Shown here piece after piece: positions 45,878 to 55,037 of a stretch of DNA of 64,000 nucleotides (its first letter is position 1; each line of letters begins with the position of its first letter). Under the pieces are notes generated by a model, which had not been told where the DNA came from, made no database searches, and saw only the letters and a list, made by a program, of their open reading frames with translations. The stretch covers positions 250,865 to 314,864 of the forward strand of contig JAPLYU010000001.1 of NCBI GenBank assembly GCA_026395405.1, written 5' to 3'. Made by a program: the position numbers and the translations under genes. The stretch comes from Candidatus Saccharimonadota bacterium. GTDB taxonomy: Bacteria > Patescibacteriota > Saccharimonadia > Saccharimonadales > Saccharimonadaceae.

Positions 45878-47647
45878 TTAATCTTTGATATATCCACCGG
45901 TTTGGTGAGACCATAGTTTCGCGTATATTCCGCTGTCAATATTTTGCAGTTCATTGTGAGTACCCTGTTCGACAATATGTCCATTGTCTAGCACAATAAT
46001 TCGGTCCAGTTTTGCGACTGTCGACAATCGATGGGCAATTACGATGCTTGTTCTGCCCTCCATCAATTTCGCCAATGCGTTTTGAATCAATTTTTCGTTT
46101 TCACTGTCTAGTGCTGATGTAGCTTCATCCAAAACCAAAATCGGAGCGTCTTTTAATATTGCCCTGGCAATGGCAATTCGTTGACGTTGACCACCGGAAA
46201 GTTTAACCCCTCGTTCGCCGACTAGAGTTTCAAAACCTTTCGGCAGCGTTTCGATGAAGTCAATTGCATTAGCTTGTTTTGCTGCCGTACGAATTTCCTT
46301 TTCGGTTGCATTTGGTTTGCCATAAGCAATGTTTTCGCGGATTGTACGATGGAAAAGTAGCGGTTCTTGCGGTACATAAGCAATTGCTTTATGCAAATCT
46401 GACTGAGTGACTGTGGTGACATCTTGGTCGTTTATCAATACTCGTCCCGCGTCTATATCGTTGAATCTTAGCAATAAATATGTCAAGCTGCTTTTTCCAG
46501 AACCGGAACTACCAACTAATCCAATTTTTTCACCGGACTTTATTTTCAGTGAGAATTCATCAAAAAGTTTATCGTCATTTTCGCTGTGCGTGAATATTAT
46601 TTTTTCAAACTCAATATTACCAGCTTTGACATTAAGTTTTGCTGGGTGAATAGGGTCTTTCAATTCAACTTCTTCATCAAGCGTGCTTATCATCGGGGCG
46701 GCGTCACCAAGGACCCTAATATATGATCTGGTAGTACTTGAGACTGACCACAATTCTGAAACGACATTCAGTGTATAGCTGATAACCAAATAGGTTGTGC
46801 CGACGTTAGCGATGTGATGTTCGGTCGCAATTATCGCCGCCACGAAAGCACTGATGTTCATTATCGTCATCAAAGTACCGTATGAAGCAGTAATCTTTAG
46901 AACGCTTCGAAGTTCGCGAAAATTTGCTTCTCGCCAATGCCCAATTAATTTATTATAGTGTTTTTCTTCTGACTTTTCTCTGGAAAAAGCTTTGACGGCC
47001 GCAATGTTACTGACTACGTCGGCTAAATATGAGGTCATAGCACTGGACCTTTCAGCTACTTGTCGGCTGACTGGCGCGATGGCCGTCTGCGCCCTAACGA
47101 TAATGAATATTATTATCACTGAAAGTACCGCCAAAACTACAGCGAATTGCCAAAGAATGAAACTAAGTGCTATACAAACAGAGATGAGAGTTGTTAATAT
47201 CGGTGTAAAATTAAACACCAATGTATCCCAAAACCGTTCAATTGAGCCGTTCAGTTTATTTGTGTCCGATACGATTCCTCCGCTCATGCGATTTGAATGG
47301 TACCCTAGGCTTTTTGACATTAGGTGATTTAAAACTTTTGCGGATATGGTTGCCTGCATTTTTGTTTCAGCAATATATATCATTGCCATTGTGGCGCGAA
47401 TTGCTATGACATCACCCAAGAAAAGTATTATTGCATAGCCCACCAATAAACCGACGCTACTATTCATAGTGGCGCTTCCGTTGGCAATATTCGTCAGAAG
47501 TCTAGATACAAAGATTGGAGCAATCGTCATCGTAAGAATCGCAAAAACAATCTGCGTGGCAACCATTGACCACGTCAAGACAGGTGAAATTCGCCAGAGT
47601 CCGAATAGGAATCCGATGATTCTTTTTTGTGATTTTTGATTGTTCAT
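45878..47647 (-). CDS. ABC exporter, fused permease/ATPase (MsbA/MdlB-like)
   Basis: Six-helix TMD. Walker A GSSGSGKSS, signature LSGGQRQR, Walker B ILVLDEATSALD. Confidence 0.9.
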   Translation of the reverse strand: MNNQKSQKRIIGFLFGLWRISPVLTWSMVATQIVFAILTMTIAPIFVSRLLTNIANGSATMNSSVGLLVGYAIILFLGDVIAIRATMAMIYIAETKMQATISAKVLNHLMSKSLGYHSNRMSGGIVSDTNKLNGSIERFWDTLVFNFTPILTTLISVCIALSFILWQFAVVLAVLSVIIIFIIVRAQTAIAPVSRQVAERSSAMTSYLADVVSNIAAVKAFSREKSEEKHYNKLIGHWREANFRELRSVLKITASYGTLMTIMNISAFVAAIIATEHHIANVGTTYLVISYTLNVVSELWSVSSTTRSYIRVLGDAAPMISTLDEEVELKDPIHPAKLNVKAGNIEFEKIIFTHSENDDKLFDEFSLKIKSGEKIGLVGSSGSGKSSLTYLLLRFNDIDAGRVLINDQDVTTVTQSDLHKAIAYVPQEPLLFHRTIRENIAYGKPNATEKEIRTAAKQANAIDFIETLPKGFETLVGERGVKLSGGQRQRIAIARAILKDAPILVLDEATSALDSENEKLIQNALAKLMEGRTSIVIAHRLSTVAKLDRIIVLDNGHIVEQGTHNELQNIDSGIYAKLWSHQTGGYIKD

Positions 47648-47755
47648 ACGACCCCTTTCAAGAGTCAGTGTTAATAAAGTAGTAGAGGATCCCTGCGAGG
47701 ATCATATTAGAACAAATTATACAGTATAATATAATCTGGTGTAAAGGGTTTTTAT

Positions 47756-49222
47756 ATGAAATTGAACGATAAATTAAAAACATTACCAATTTCGCCTGGA
47801 GTTTACTTTCATAAAGATAAAAAAGGCGAGATTATTTACGTTGGTAAAGCGGCAGTTTTAAAAAATCGAGTCAAACAGTATTTCCAAAAATCACGCAACA
47901 TGGACATCAAAACCCGGGCGCTAGTAGCCGAAATCGCTGATACGGATTGGGTTGAAACCGAAAGTGAAATTGACGCACTATTTTTAGAGGCAGAAATGGT
48001 CAAACGATATATGCCTCGATACAACATTTTACTTCGTGATGACCGGTCATTGATCTATGTTCGAATCGATATGAAAAGTCAGTGGCCAACAGTTAGTTTT
48101 ACACGTAATCCGGCAGACGATAAAGCAGAATATTTCGGGCCGTATTTTAACAGTTTTGCTGTTAAAAAAGCTTTGCGATATTTGCGTCGGGTATTTCCTT
48201 ACTATACAAAAACCCCTAAAGATAACGATAAACCTGACTTGTATGCTCACCTAGGACTGGCGCCGGTCAATATGAATCCCGATGAATATAAAGCCAACCT
48301 ACGCAAATTAGTCAGCTATATAAATGGCAACAGAAAAACCATAGCTGCTGATTTAGAGCGTGATATGAAATTAGCAGCAAAATCTCAGGATTTTGAAAAA
48401 GCGGCAAATATTCGAAATAAACTACGCAACCTGCGTGAATTGCAGCGCCGAATTATGTTCGGTGACAAAGAATTTTTAGATATATCTAAAGACGAAGCTC
48501 TTAGTGATTTGACCGATTTGCTGAATCTGGTAAAAGTACCGGTCCGTATCGAAGGTTACGACATATCGCATATGGGCGGAGTGAATGTTGTTGCCAGTAT
48601 GGTGGTTTTTAAAAACGGCGTCAGTGACAGGGGACAATATCGAAAATTTAAAACCAAAATTGAACGTAATGACGACTTTGCTAATATGAACGAAGTAATA
48701 GCCAGACGCTTCAGTCAAAATAATATTAAAAATTGGGGCAAACCGGACTTGGTATTGATTGACGGTGGTAAGGGACAGCTTGATGCAGCACTTCGGGCGC
48801 GCGATAAATCAGAACATACCGAAATTCCGTTTATAGGATTAGCAAAGCGCGATGAGCAAATTGTTTTAAAAGATATCCGAATAAATAAACAAAAGCTGAC
48901 AGAAGTCGATGGCACTACTGAGTTAACAGCAGATTTTACGCTAATCAATTTGCCAAAATCATCGGCGGTTGTAAAACTATTGCAACGTATACGCGATGAA
49001 TCCCACCGTTTCGCAGTCAGTTACCACACGGTATTGAAACGCTCCAAGCAAACCGCTAGTTCTCTGGATGAAATACCTGGTATTGGTCCTAAAACCCGGG
49101 CTAAATTAATTCGAAAATTCGGCAGTATTCGTAATTTAACACTAGCGGATGAATCAGACATCACTTTATTAATTGGACCCAACAAGGCGGGGCTTGTCAT
49201 TCTGTACCTAAGAGAGCTATAA
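47756..49222 (+). CDS. uvrC: excinuclease ABC subunit C (compact)
   Basis: GIY-YIG PGVYFHKDKKGEIIYVGKA, UVR domain (DFEKAANIRNKLRNL), EGYDISHMGG and a C-terminal HhH IPGIGPKTRAKLIRKFGS. Confidence 0.85.
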   Translation: MKLNDKLKTLPISPGVYFHKDKKGEIIYVGKAAVLKNRVKQYFQKSRNMDIKTRALVAEIADTDWVETESEIDALFLEAEMVKRYMPRYNILLRDDRSLIYVRIDMKSQWPTVSFTRNPADDKAEYFGPYFNSFAVKKALRYLRRVFPYYTKTPKDNDKPDLYAHLGLAPVNMNPDEYKANLRKLVSYINGNRKTIAADLERDMKLAAKSQDFEKAANIRNKLRNLRELQRRIMFGDKEFLDISKDEALSDLTDLLNLVKVPVRIEGYDISHMGGVNVVASMVVFKNGVSDRGQYRKFKTKIERNDDFANMNEVIARRFSQNNIKNWGKPDLVLIDGGKGQLDAALRARDKSEHTEIPFIGLAKRDEQIVLKDIRINKQKLTEVDGTTELTADFTLINLPKSSAVVKLLQRIRDESHRFAVSYHTVLKRSKQTASSLDEIPGIGPKTRAKLIRKFGSIRNLTLADESDITLLIGPNKAGLVILYLREL

Positions 49223-49236
49223 TTCTAGTAAAGCTT

Positions 49237-52002
49237 ATGTTCAGTTGTGGGAATAAACCAAAAGATCAAAAGAAATTGCTGTTTAGTTCAGCCTTTACTT
49301 TAATTGAACTTATAGTGGTTGTCACAATCATAGCCATTTTAGCGACAATCGGTGTTGTCGGGTACAATAGTTGGCGGCAAGCCACCGCAACAGCACAGTT
49401 GAAAAGCGATTTAAATAGCGTCGCAACTGCAATGGAAGACAACCGTAACTTTAACAATAAATATCCCGCTACAATTCCGTCAACCTTTAACCCAACCACC
49501 GGCGTAACCCTTAGTGGTGGTAGTGATGATGGCGGTTTGACATTTTGTGTTAGCGCCGTAAATTCACAATTTCCAAGCCTTTCATTTCATATTGACTCAA
49601 CAAATAACGGACCACAACCGGGTGTTTGTGCGACCCAAAAACTATTAGCGACCTACGCGGGCACTGGTGGAACAGTAAGCCCTGGTGGTACGTATGCTTC
49701 CAATTCGGTGCAAACAATAACGGCCACACCAAGTCAATATTATCGTGGTCTGGGTAACAATACGAATGTCTGGACCGGTGATAGTGGGTGTGCAGGTGGT
49801 GGTAATATTCTAAGCCATACAATTACAATGGATACCAAAAAAGATTGCACTGCTAATTTCGAACCGATTCCAATAGTATGCGTTCCCTCCGCACCGACGG
49901 TAACGCATGCAACAGTAGCCGGGACAACGACTTTTTCATGGACTCCTGGTGTATGCGGTGGCGCCTCAACTAGATATCAATATCGATATACGATTTCACC
50001 ATCTGGCTTTGATTCCGGCTGGATATCCACCGCCTCGCCGTCTGCCGCCTTTACGACTACGACCGAAGGCCAAACCTACTCGTTGGATGTTCAAACGCAG
50101 TTCTATAACCCGGCTACAAGCACCGCCTGGGGCCCTACGGGAACAGATGGCTGGTTTTTTACACCAACCATCCCAGTAATTACCTGTACGACAGCCTCCA
50201 GTTCGTCGGTTAACTGCTCGTGGACTTCTAACCCATACGCCACTAACTATTCGATGGATCGTGCGACCAACTCTTCGTTTACCACCGGCTTAACCACAAT
50301 AACCCAGGCTGGAACGACCTATACTTCAACCGGACTAGCGCAGGGAACAACCTATTATTTCCGGAGTAAGACTAACCTTGCCGGCAGTTCTAGTGCGTAT
50401 TCGCCTTACGATACTGCGACGACGACTGTCGACATTTGTAACGTACCTGTTGATAATTATTCGACAGTTGGTGCAACTACAACTTGGACGTGGAGCGCAC
50501 CAACCTGTCCTCCGGGAACATCTGCTCGTTATCGCTACGACTATACCATTGCTCCAATAGGTTTTGACTCAGGTTGGACGTCAACCGCCTCAACATCTGT
50601 CGCCTTTACGACCTCGACCGAAGGCCAGACTTATTGCGTAGCTTTGCAAGCACAGGCTTACACGGGGTCTGCATCAAGCGCTTGGACAGCATCTGACACA
50701 GACTGTTACTTAAGAGGGATTCCAACCCCAACGATTACTGCCACAACTGCTTCTAGCACCTCGGTCAATGTGTCGTGGACTTCAGATGCGTATGCTACCA
50801 GCTATACCATGGATCGTGCGACCAACTCTTCGTTTACCACCGGCTTAACCACAATAACCCAGGCTGGAACTACCTATACTTCAACCGGACTCAACGAGGG
50901 AGTAACTTATTATTTCCGTGTAAATTCTAACCTTCCAGCTGGTCCAAGCGCAGACTCACCTTATGGTACTGCTACAACGACAATAACTACTCCGACGCCA
51001 AACCCACCAACAACTACCGATAACACTGTTGGGGCGACTACGACGTGGACGTTCTCTGCCGAGACCTGTGCCGGCGGCACAACCTTAGAATATCGATATG
51101 ACTACACTATCGTACCGCCACCACTCGGTTCTGGTGGATATGACTCTGGTTGGATGGCTACTTCTGCTTCGTCAGTGGCGTTTACAACTTCAACTGAAGG
51201 CAAGACATACAATGTAGTTGTTCAAGCAAGATGTTACACAGGCGCTACTACTAGTTCCTGGACATCATCCAGTGCAAATAACACATATTACCGCATCATT
51301 AACTACTATTTGACGTTAGCTGGATCGAACTGTACTTTTAGCCAGAGTCCGGGTATGGGTCCTTATCCTGAAGGCTCTGCTGCTACGATGACCTGCACTC
51401 CAACCGCAACAAACTATTTTGACCATTGGTCCGGTGATACCGGCTGTACAATAAATGGTGGTACGGATTACACCCATACAGCCAGTCACACAATAACGAT
51501 GGACTCAAATAAGTCATGTGTCGCCCTGAGTTCTCATTGGATATACGCAGACGTCGGGGGTCAGATAGGTGGAAAATATGTATGGTACAAAGATCTGTCT
51601 GCCGAATATGCGTATAAGGTAAATAATAACGCCGATAATAATACCTGGACCGTTATGGGGGGTGATTCAAGCCATCCAAATCAAAGGGTATTGAGGGACC
51701 CAAATACTGCTCCGGGGAATACCCTTGACTGGGCCTCGTGGTATCCGTCTCAATATCGTTGTAATAGTAGCCTTGGTGGCCGCGTGCCAAACAATGGTGA
51801 ATTGGCTGGTATTATTGCTAACAAAAGCTTGTTTAATCAAGATTACGGATTCGGTACCCTTGATGATTGGTATGGGTCATCAAATGAGGCAACTGATTAT
51901 GACACAACAATCAGCCCAGTCAGAAACCGAATCACTGATGATTATGGAGATAGAGGTAAAACTGGAACCGCCGCTATCAGATGTATCGCTGATAACGTGT
52001 AG
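49237..52002 (+). CDS. giant type IV pilin-like adhesin: pilin N-terminus, InlB-B-repeat-like module, FN3-like repeats, C-terminal DUF1566/Lcl-like domain
   Basis: Class III signal FSSA/FTLIELIVVVTIIAILATI. Repeated YRYDYTI.P.GFDSGW...TEGQTY and SW/NSSFTTGLTTITQAGTTYTSTGL..G.TYYFR (FN3-like) units. The C-terminus with ...CNSSLGGRVPNNGELAGI...WYGSSNEA is tentatively DUF1566-like. Confidence 0.8.
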   Translation: MFSCGNKPKDQKKLLFSSAFTLIELIVVVTIIAILATIGVVGYNSWRQATATAQLKSDLNSVATAMEDNRNFNNKYPATIPSTFNPTTGVTLSGGSDDGGLTFCVSAVNSQFPSLSFHIDSTNNGPQPGVCATQKLLATYAGTGGTVSPGGTYASNSVQTITATPSQYYRGLGNNTNVWTGDSGCAGGGNILSHTITMDTKKDCTANFEPIPIVCVPSAPTVTHATVAGTTTFSWTPGVCGGASTRYQYRYTISPSGFDSGWISTASPSAAFTTTTEGQTYSLDVQTQFYNPATSTAWGPTGTDGWFFTPTIPVITCTTASSSSVNCSWTSNPYATNYSMDRATNSSFTTGLTTITQAGTTYTSTGLAQGTTYYFRSKTNLAGSSSAYSPYDTATTTVDICNVPVDNYSTVGATTTWTWSAPTCPPGTSARYRYDYTIAPIGFDSGWTSTASTSVAFTTSTEGQTYCVALQAQAYTGSASSAWTASDTDCYLRGIPTPTITATTASSTSVNVSWTSDAYATSYTMDRATNSSFTTGLTTITQAGTTYTSTGLNEGVTYYFRVNSNLPAGPSADSPYGTATTTITTPTPNPPTTTDNTVGATTTWTFSAETCAGGTTLEYRYDYTIVPPPLGSGGYDSGWMATSASSVAFTTSTEGKTYNVVVQARCYTGATTSSWTSSSANNTYYRIINYYLTLAGSNCTFSQSPGMGPYPEGSAATMTCTPTATNYFDHWSGDTGCTINGGTDYTHTASHTITMDSNKSCVALSSHWIYADVGGQIGGKYVWYKDLSAEYAYKVNNNADNNTWTVMGGDSSHPNQRVLRDPNTAPGNTLDWASWYPSQYRCNSSLGGRVPNNGELAGIIANKSLFNQDYGFGTLDDWYGSSNEATDYDTTISPVRNRITDDYGDRGKTGTAAIRCIADNV

Positions 52003-52081
52003 AACTAGGCCTATTTCCAACATATTTATTTGACGTCTATTTCATTTATTACATGAAACAGTTATAATTCTGGATAAGCAT

Positions 52082-54352
52082 ATGCGTGGTGATAAGGACA
52101 ATAAAGACATCAAAAAAAAGAAAGCGCTGTTTAGCTCGGCTTTTACTCTTGTTGAACTTATAGTGGTTGTGACTATAATCGTAATCCTAGCAACAATCGG
52201 AGTTGTTGGGTATAACAGCTGGCGACAAGCCACTGCATCAGCACAACTGAAAAGTGATTTGAATACCGTTGCTACGGCTATGGAAAACTACCGTAACTTT
52301 AATAACGGATATCCAAATACAGTTCCATCATCCTTCAATCCAAGTAGTGGGGTAACTCTTAGCGGTGGTAGTGATGATGGTGGAGTGACATTTTGTATTA
52401 CCGCGGTCAATTCTCAATTCCCGGGCCTTTCATACCACATAGACTCAACAAACAATGGGCCTCAATCTGGCGTATGTGTATCACAAAAATTATTGGCGAC
52501 TTTTGCGGGCACTGGCGGTACAGTTAGTGCTGGTGGTTCATACGCAACTAACTCTGTCCAGACGATAACGGCTACGCCTAATACAAACTATTCATTTAGT
52601 AGTTGGACTGGTGATACTGGTTGTTCAGGTACTGCCAGCCACACAATCACAATGGACGCGAATAAAACTTGTACAGCGAATTTTGTAACCTGCACGTTAA
52701 CGTTAATCGCAGGTAGTGGCGGGACCATTACTGGAGGTGGCAATAATGTTTGTGGTACGACCCCACCAATTACAAGCACCCCTAGTACATACTACTCATT
52801 TACTAGTTGGACCGGTAGTACCGGTTGCTCTGGCACTGCCACTCATAACATCACTATGGATACAAATAAAACATGTACCGCGAACTTCTCGCCAACGGCA
52901 ATTGCCGCGCCATCGGCTCCAATCGTCACACCGGTAACTGTCACTGATACTACAACCTATTCATGGGGTGCAGCCTCGTGTCCGGGGAATACAGCCAGGT
53001 ATCAATATGACTATACAATTTCACCTGCAGGTTACGATTCTGGCTGGACGGCAACTGCATCAACTTCCGTTGCCTTTACAACCACAACTGAAGGCCAAAC
53101 TTACACTGTAGCCGTTCAAGCCCAATGTTATAACGCGGCGACAAGTAGTCCTTGGAGTTCATCGGGATCGGGCAGTTATTTACGTCCTATAACTTATCAA
53201 ACTTTGACATTAACTCCTGGAACTGGCGGTACTGTCAGCGGTGGAGGATCGTTCGCTACTGGTTCGTCTCCAACAATGACATCTACTCCTAATGCGAACT
53301 ATACATTTACCAGTTGGACCGGTAGTACCGGTTGTAGCGGTACACAAGTTCATACGATAACAATGGACGCAGCAAAGTCCTGTACGGCGAACTTTACGGC
53401 AACAGGTATCGCTACACCGGCAAATCCTATAGTAACGCATGCGACGGTTGGGGCTACAACAACGTTTTCATGGGGCGCAGCCTCGTGTCCGGGTAATTCA
53501 GCCAGATATCAATATGATTATACATATAACACCACGCCAACTCCTTTCGATTCCGGTTGGACAGCAACTGCATTGACATCGTTTGCACCTACAACTTCAA
53601 CCGGACCACTAACATATAGTTTGGCGGTACAAGCTCAATGTTATAACGGCGGCAACCAAAGCGCTTGGAGTGGCAGCGGAACAGATAGCTATCTAAGGCC
53701 TGGTGGTACCGGAGGAACAATTACATATTCAGGTGGTAGAACAATACATACATTTACAAGTAGTGGATCACTCGTGATTACAGGCGGGCCATTGTCTGGT
53801 GGTACCGTACTTATTGTCGCTGGTGGTGTTGGTGGTGCAGGTGGTGTTCAGGGGGGGCCGGCTGGGTCCGGCGGTGCCGGCGGAAAAGTCACAGCCCTCA
53901 GCAGTCAAAGTTTTAATGGGACCACTACGGTCACTGTCGGCGCTGCCGGTGCCGCAAGTGTGTTTGGCGGTACGACATCTAGTGGCACCGGAGCAACCGG
54001 TGGTACACCGAATGGCGAGGGAGCCAATGGCCTCCCGGGCGCAGCAGGTACTTCGTCAAGTATTAGCGGTTCGTCGATTTATTACGGCGGCGGTGGTGGT
54101 TCTGGCGCTTTTGTTGGTTATCCCGTTCACAGTATACATTTTTACGGTGGGGCTGGTGGCTCCGGAGGCGGTGGCACCGGGGGAGATGCATATTATGACG
54201 CCGTTGGGGGATGGAGTTATGGCTTTGTGGGGGTTGATGGAGCGGCAAATACGGGCGGCGGCGGCGGTGGTGGTGGCACCGGTTATGACTCTCCTGAATC
54301 TGGCGGCAACGGCGGTAAGGGAATTGTGATAGTTTCATATCCAACGCCTTAA
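52082..54352 (+). CDS. giant type IV pilin-like adhesin: pilin N-terminus, 4x InlB-B-repeat-like modules, FN3-like units, C-terminal glycine-rich domain
   Basis: N-terminal about 150 aa nearly identical to the 49237 gene. Modules GTGGTVS.GG...ITATPN.NY.F.SWTG.TGCSG...HTITMD..K.CTANF occur 4 times. The last about 220 aa are Gly-rich and end in GGNGGKGIVIVSYP. Confidence 0.8.
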   Translation: MRGDKDNKDIKKKKALFSSAFTLVELIVVVTIIVILATIGVVGYNSWRQATASAQLKSDLNTVATAMENYRNFNNGYPNTVPSSFNPSSGVTLSGGSDDGGVTFCITAVNSQFPGLSYHIDSTNNGPQSGVCVSQKLLATFAGTGGTVSAGGSYATNSVQTITATPNTNYSFSSWTGDTGCSGTASHTITMDANKTCTANFVTCTLTLIAGSGGTITGGGNNVCGTTPPITSTPSTYYSFTSWTGSTGCSGTATHNITMDTNKTCTANFSPTAIAAPSAPIVTPVTVTDTTTYSWGAASCPGNTARYQYDYTISPAGYDSGWTATASTSVAFTTTTEGQTYTVAVQAQCYNAATSSPWSSSGSGSYLRPITYQTLTLTPGTGGTVSGGGSFATGSSPTMTSTPNANYTFTSWTGSTGCSGTQVHTITMDAAKSCTANFTATGIATPANPIVTHATVGATTTFSWGAASCPGNSARYQYDYTYNTTPTPFDSGWTATALTSFAPTTSTGPLTYSLAVQAQCYNGGNQSAWSGSGTDSYLRPGGTGGTITYSGGRTIHTFTSSGSLVITGGPLSGGTVLIVAGGVGGAGGVQGGPAGSGGAGGKVTALSSQSFNGTTTVTVGAAGAASVFGGTTSSGTGATGGTPNGEGANGLPGAAGTSSSISGSSIYYGGGGGSGAFVGYPVHSIHFYGGAGGSGGGGTGGDAYYDAVGGWSYGFVGVDGAANTGGGGGGGGTGYDSPESGGNGGKGIVIVSYPTP

Positions 54353-54399
54353 ATCTTCAAAATCTAATTAACCATTCGTGTTATAATTATCAGAGTTGT

Positions 54400-54783
54400 A
54401 TGAATAATAAATTCGTTATTTTTGTTGTCCGATGGTTGTTTAATTCGCTTGGTTTGTGGATAGCTGTGCGTTTATTTGGTACAGGATATGACAGTTCACA
54501 AGTAAGTATTAGTATTGTCGGGTTTTTACTGGCAGGACTAATTTTTTCAATGGTAAATGCTGTCCTAAAACCGTTCATAGTTATATTGGCATTACCCGCA
54601 ATTTTAGTGACGCTAGGACTGTTTATTATTATCGTCAATGGATTAATGGTATGGATATCGCTTCGGTTTGTTCCAAGTATTGAAATGACGTTTTTTAACT
54701 CTATACTTACCGGAATCATCCTGAGTCTGGTAAACTATATAGTAAGCGCGTCGTTAGTTTTGCGCAAAAGTGAGGCGAATTAA
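54400..54783 (+). CDS. phage-holin-family-4 / DUF360 membrane protein
   Basis: 127 aa with 4 TM helices. RWLFNSLGLWIAVRLF...VNAVLKPFIVILALPAILVTLGLF pattern. Confidence 0.6.
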   Translation: MNNKFVIFVVRWLFNSLGLWIAVRLFGTGYDSSQVSISIVGFLLAGLIFSMVNAVLKPFIVILALPAILVTLGLFIIIVNGLMVWISLRFVPSIEMTFFNSILTGIILSLVNYIVSASLVLRKSEAN

Positions 54784-54791
54784 GGAAAAAA

Positions 54792-55028
54792 ATGAAGAAT
54801 ATAGATAGCATTCTGCAAATAATAACGATTATTTCGGCAGTACTTATGATTTTGGCGATTCTGTTGCAGCAACGTGGCGCATCCTTAGGTGCGGGCTTTG
54901 GGAGTTCCGGTGAATTGTTCACCACTCGTCGGGGAATCGACAAAAACCTGTTCGAGGTAACAATTATTCTGTCAGTTATTTTCGTATTGTCGATACTAGC
55001 TGGGCTAATCTTGCCCGCCATTAAATAG
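54792..55028 (+). CDS. secG: preprotein translocase subunit SecG
   Basis: 78 aa with two TM helices flanking LLQQRGASLGAGFGSSGELFTTRRG. Confidence 0.8.
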   Translation: MKNIDSILQIITIISAVLMILAILLQQRGASLGAGFGSSGELFTTRRGIDKNLFEVTIILSVIFVLSILAGLILPAIK

Positions 55029-55037
55029 GTATATTTT

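Noticed and set aside
52588-54344. ORFs 52588-52779(-), 52716-52937(+), 53210-53440(-), 53799-54329(+) and 54063-54344(-) overlapping the second giant pilin gene.
   Set aside because: These are alternative frames of repeat-rich and Gly-rich (GC-rich) coding sequence. Their translations are low-complexity Arg/Pro/His/Val strings. The 52082-54352 frame has the pilin signal and recognisable repeat modules.
54400-54783. The phage-holin-family gene as evidence of a prophage.
   Set aside because: No phage structural, lysis-partner, integrase or terminase genes are nearby. The gene sits beside secG and an SBP gene, and DUF360-type proteins are common chromosomal membrane proteins.
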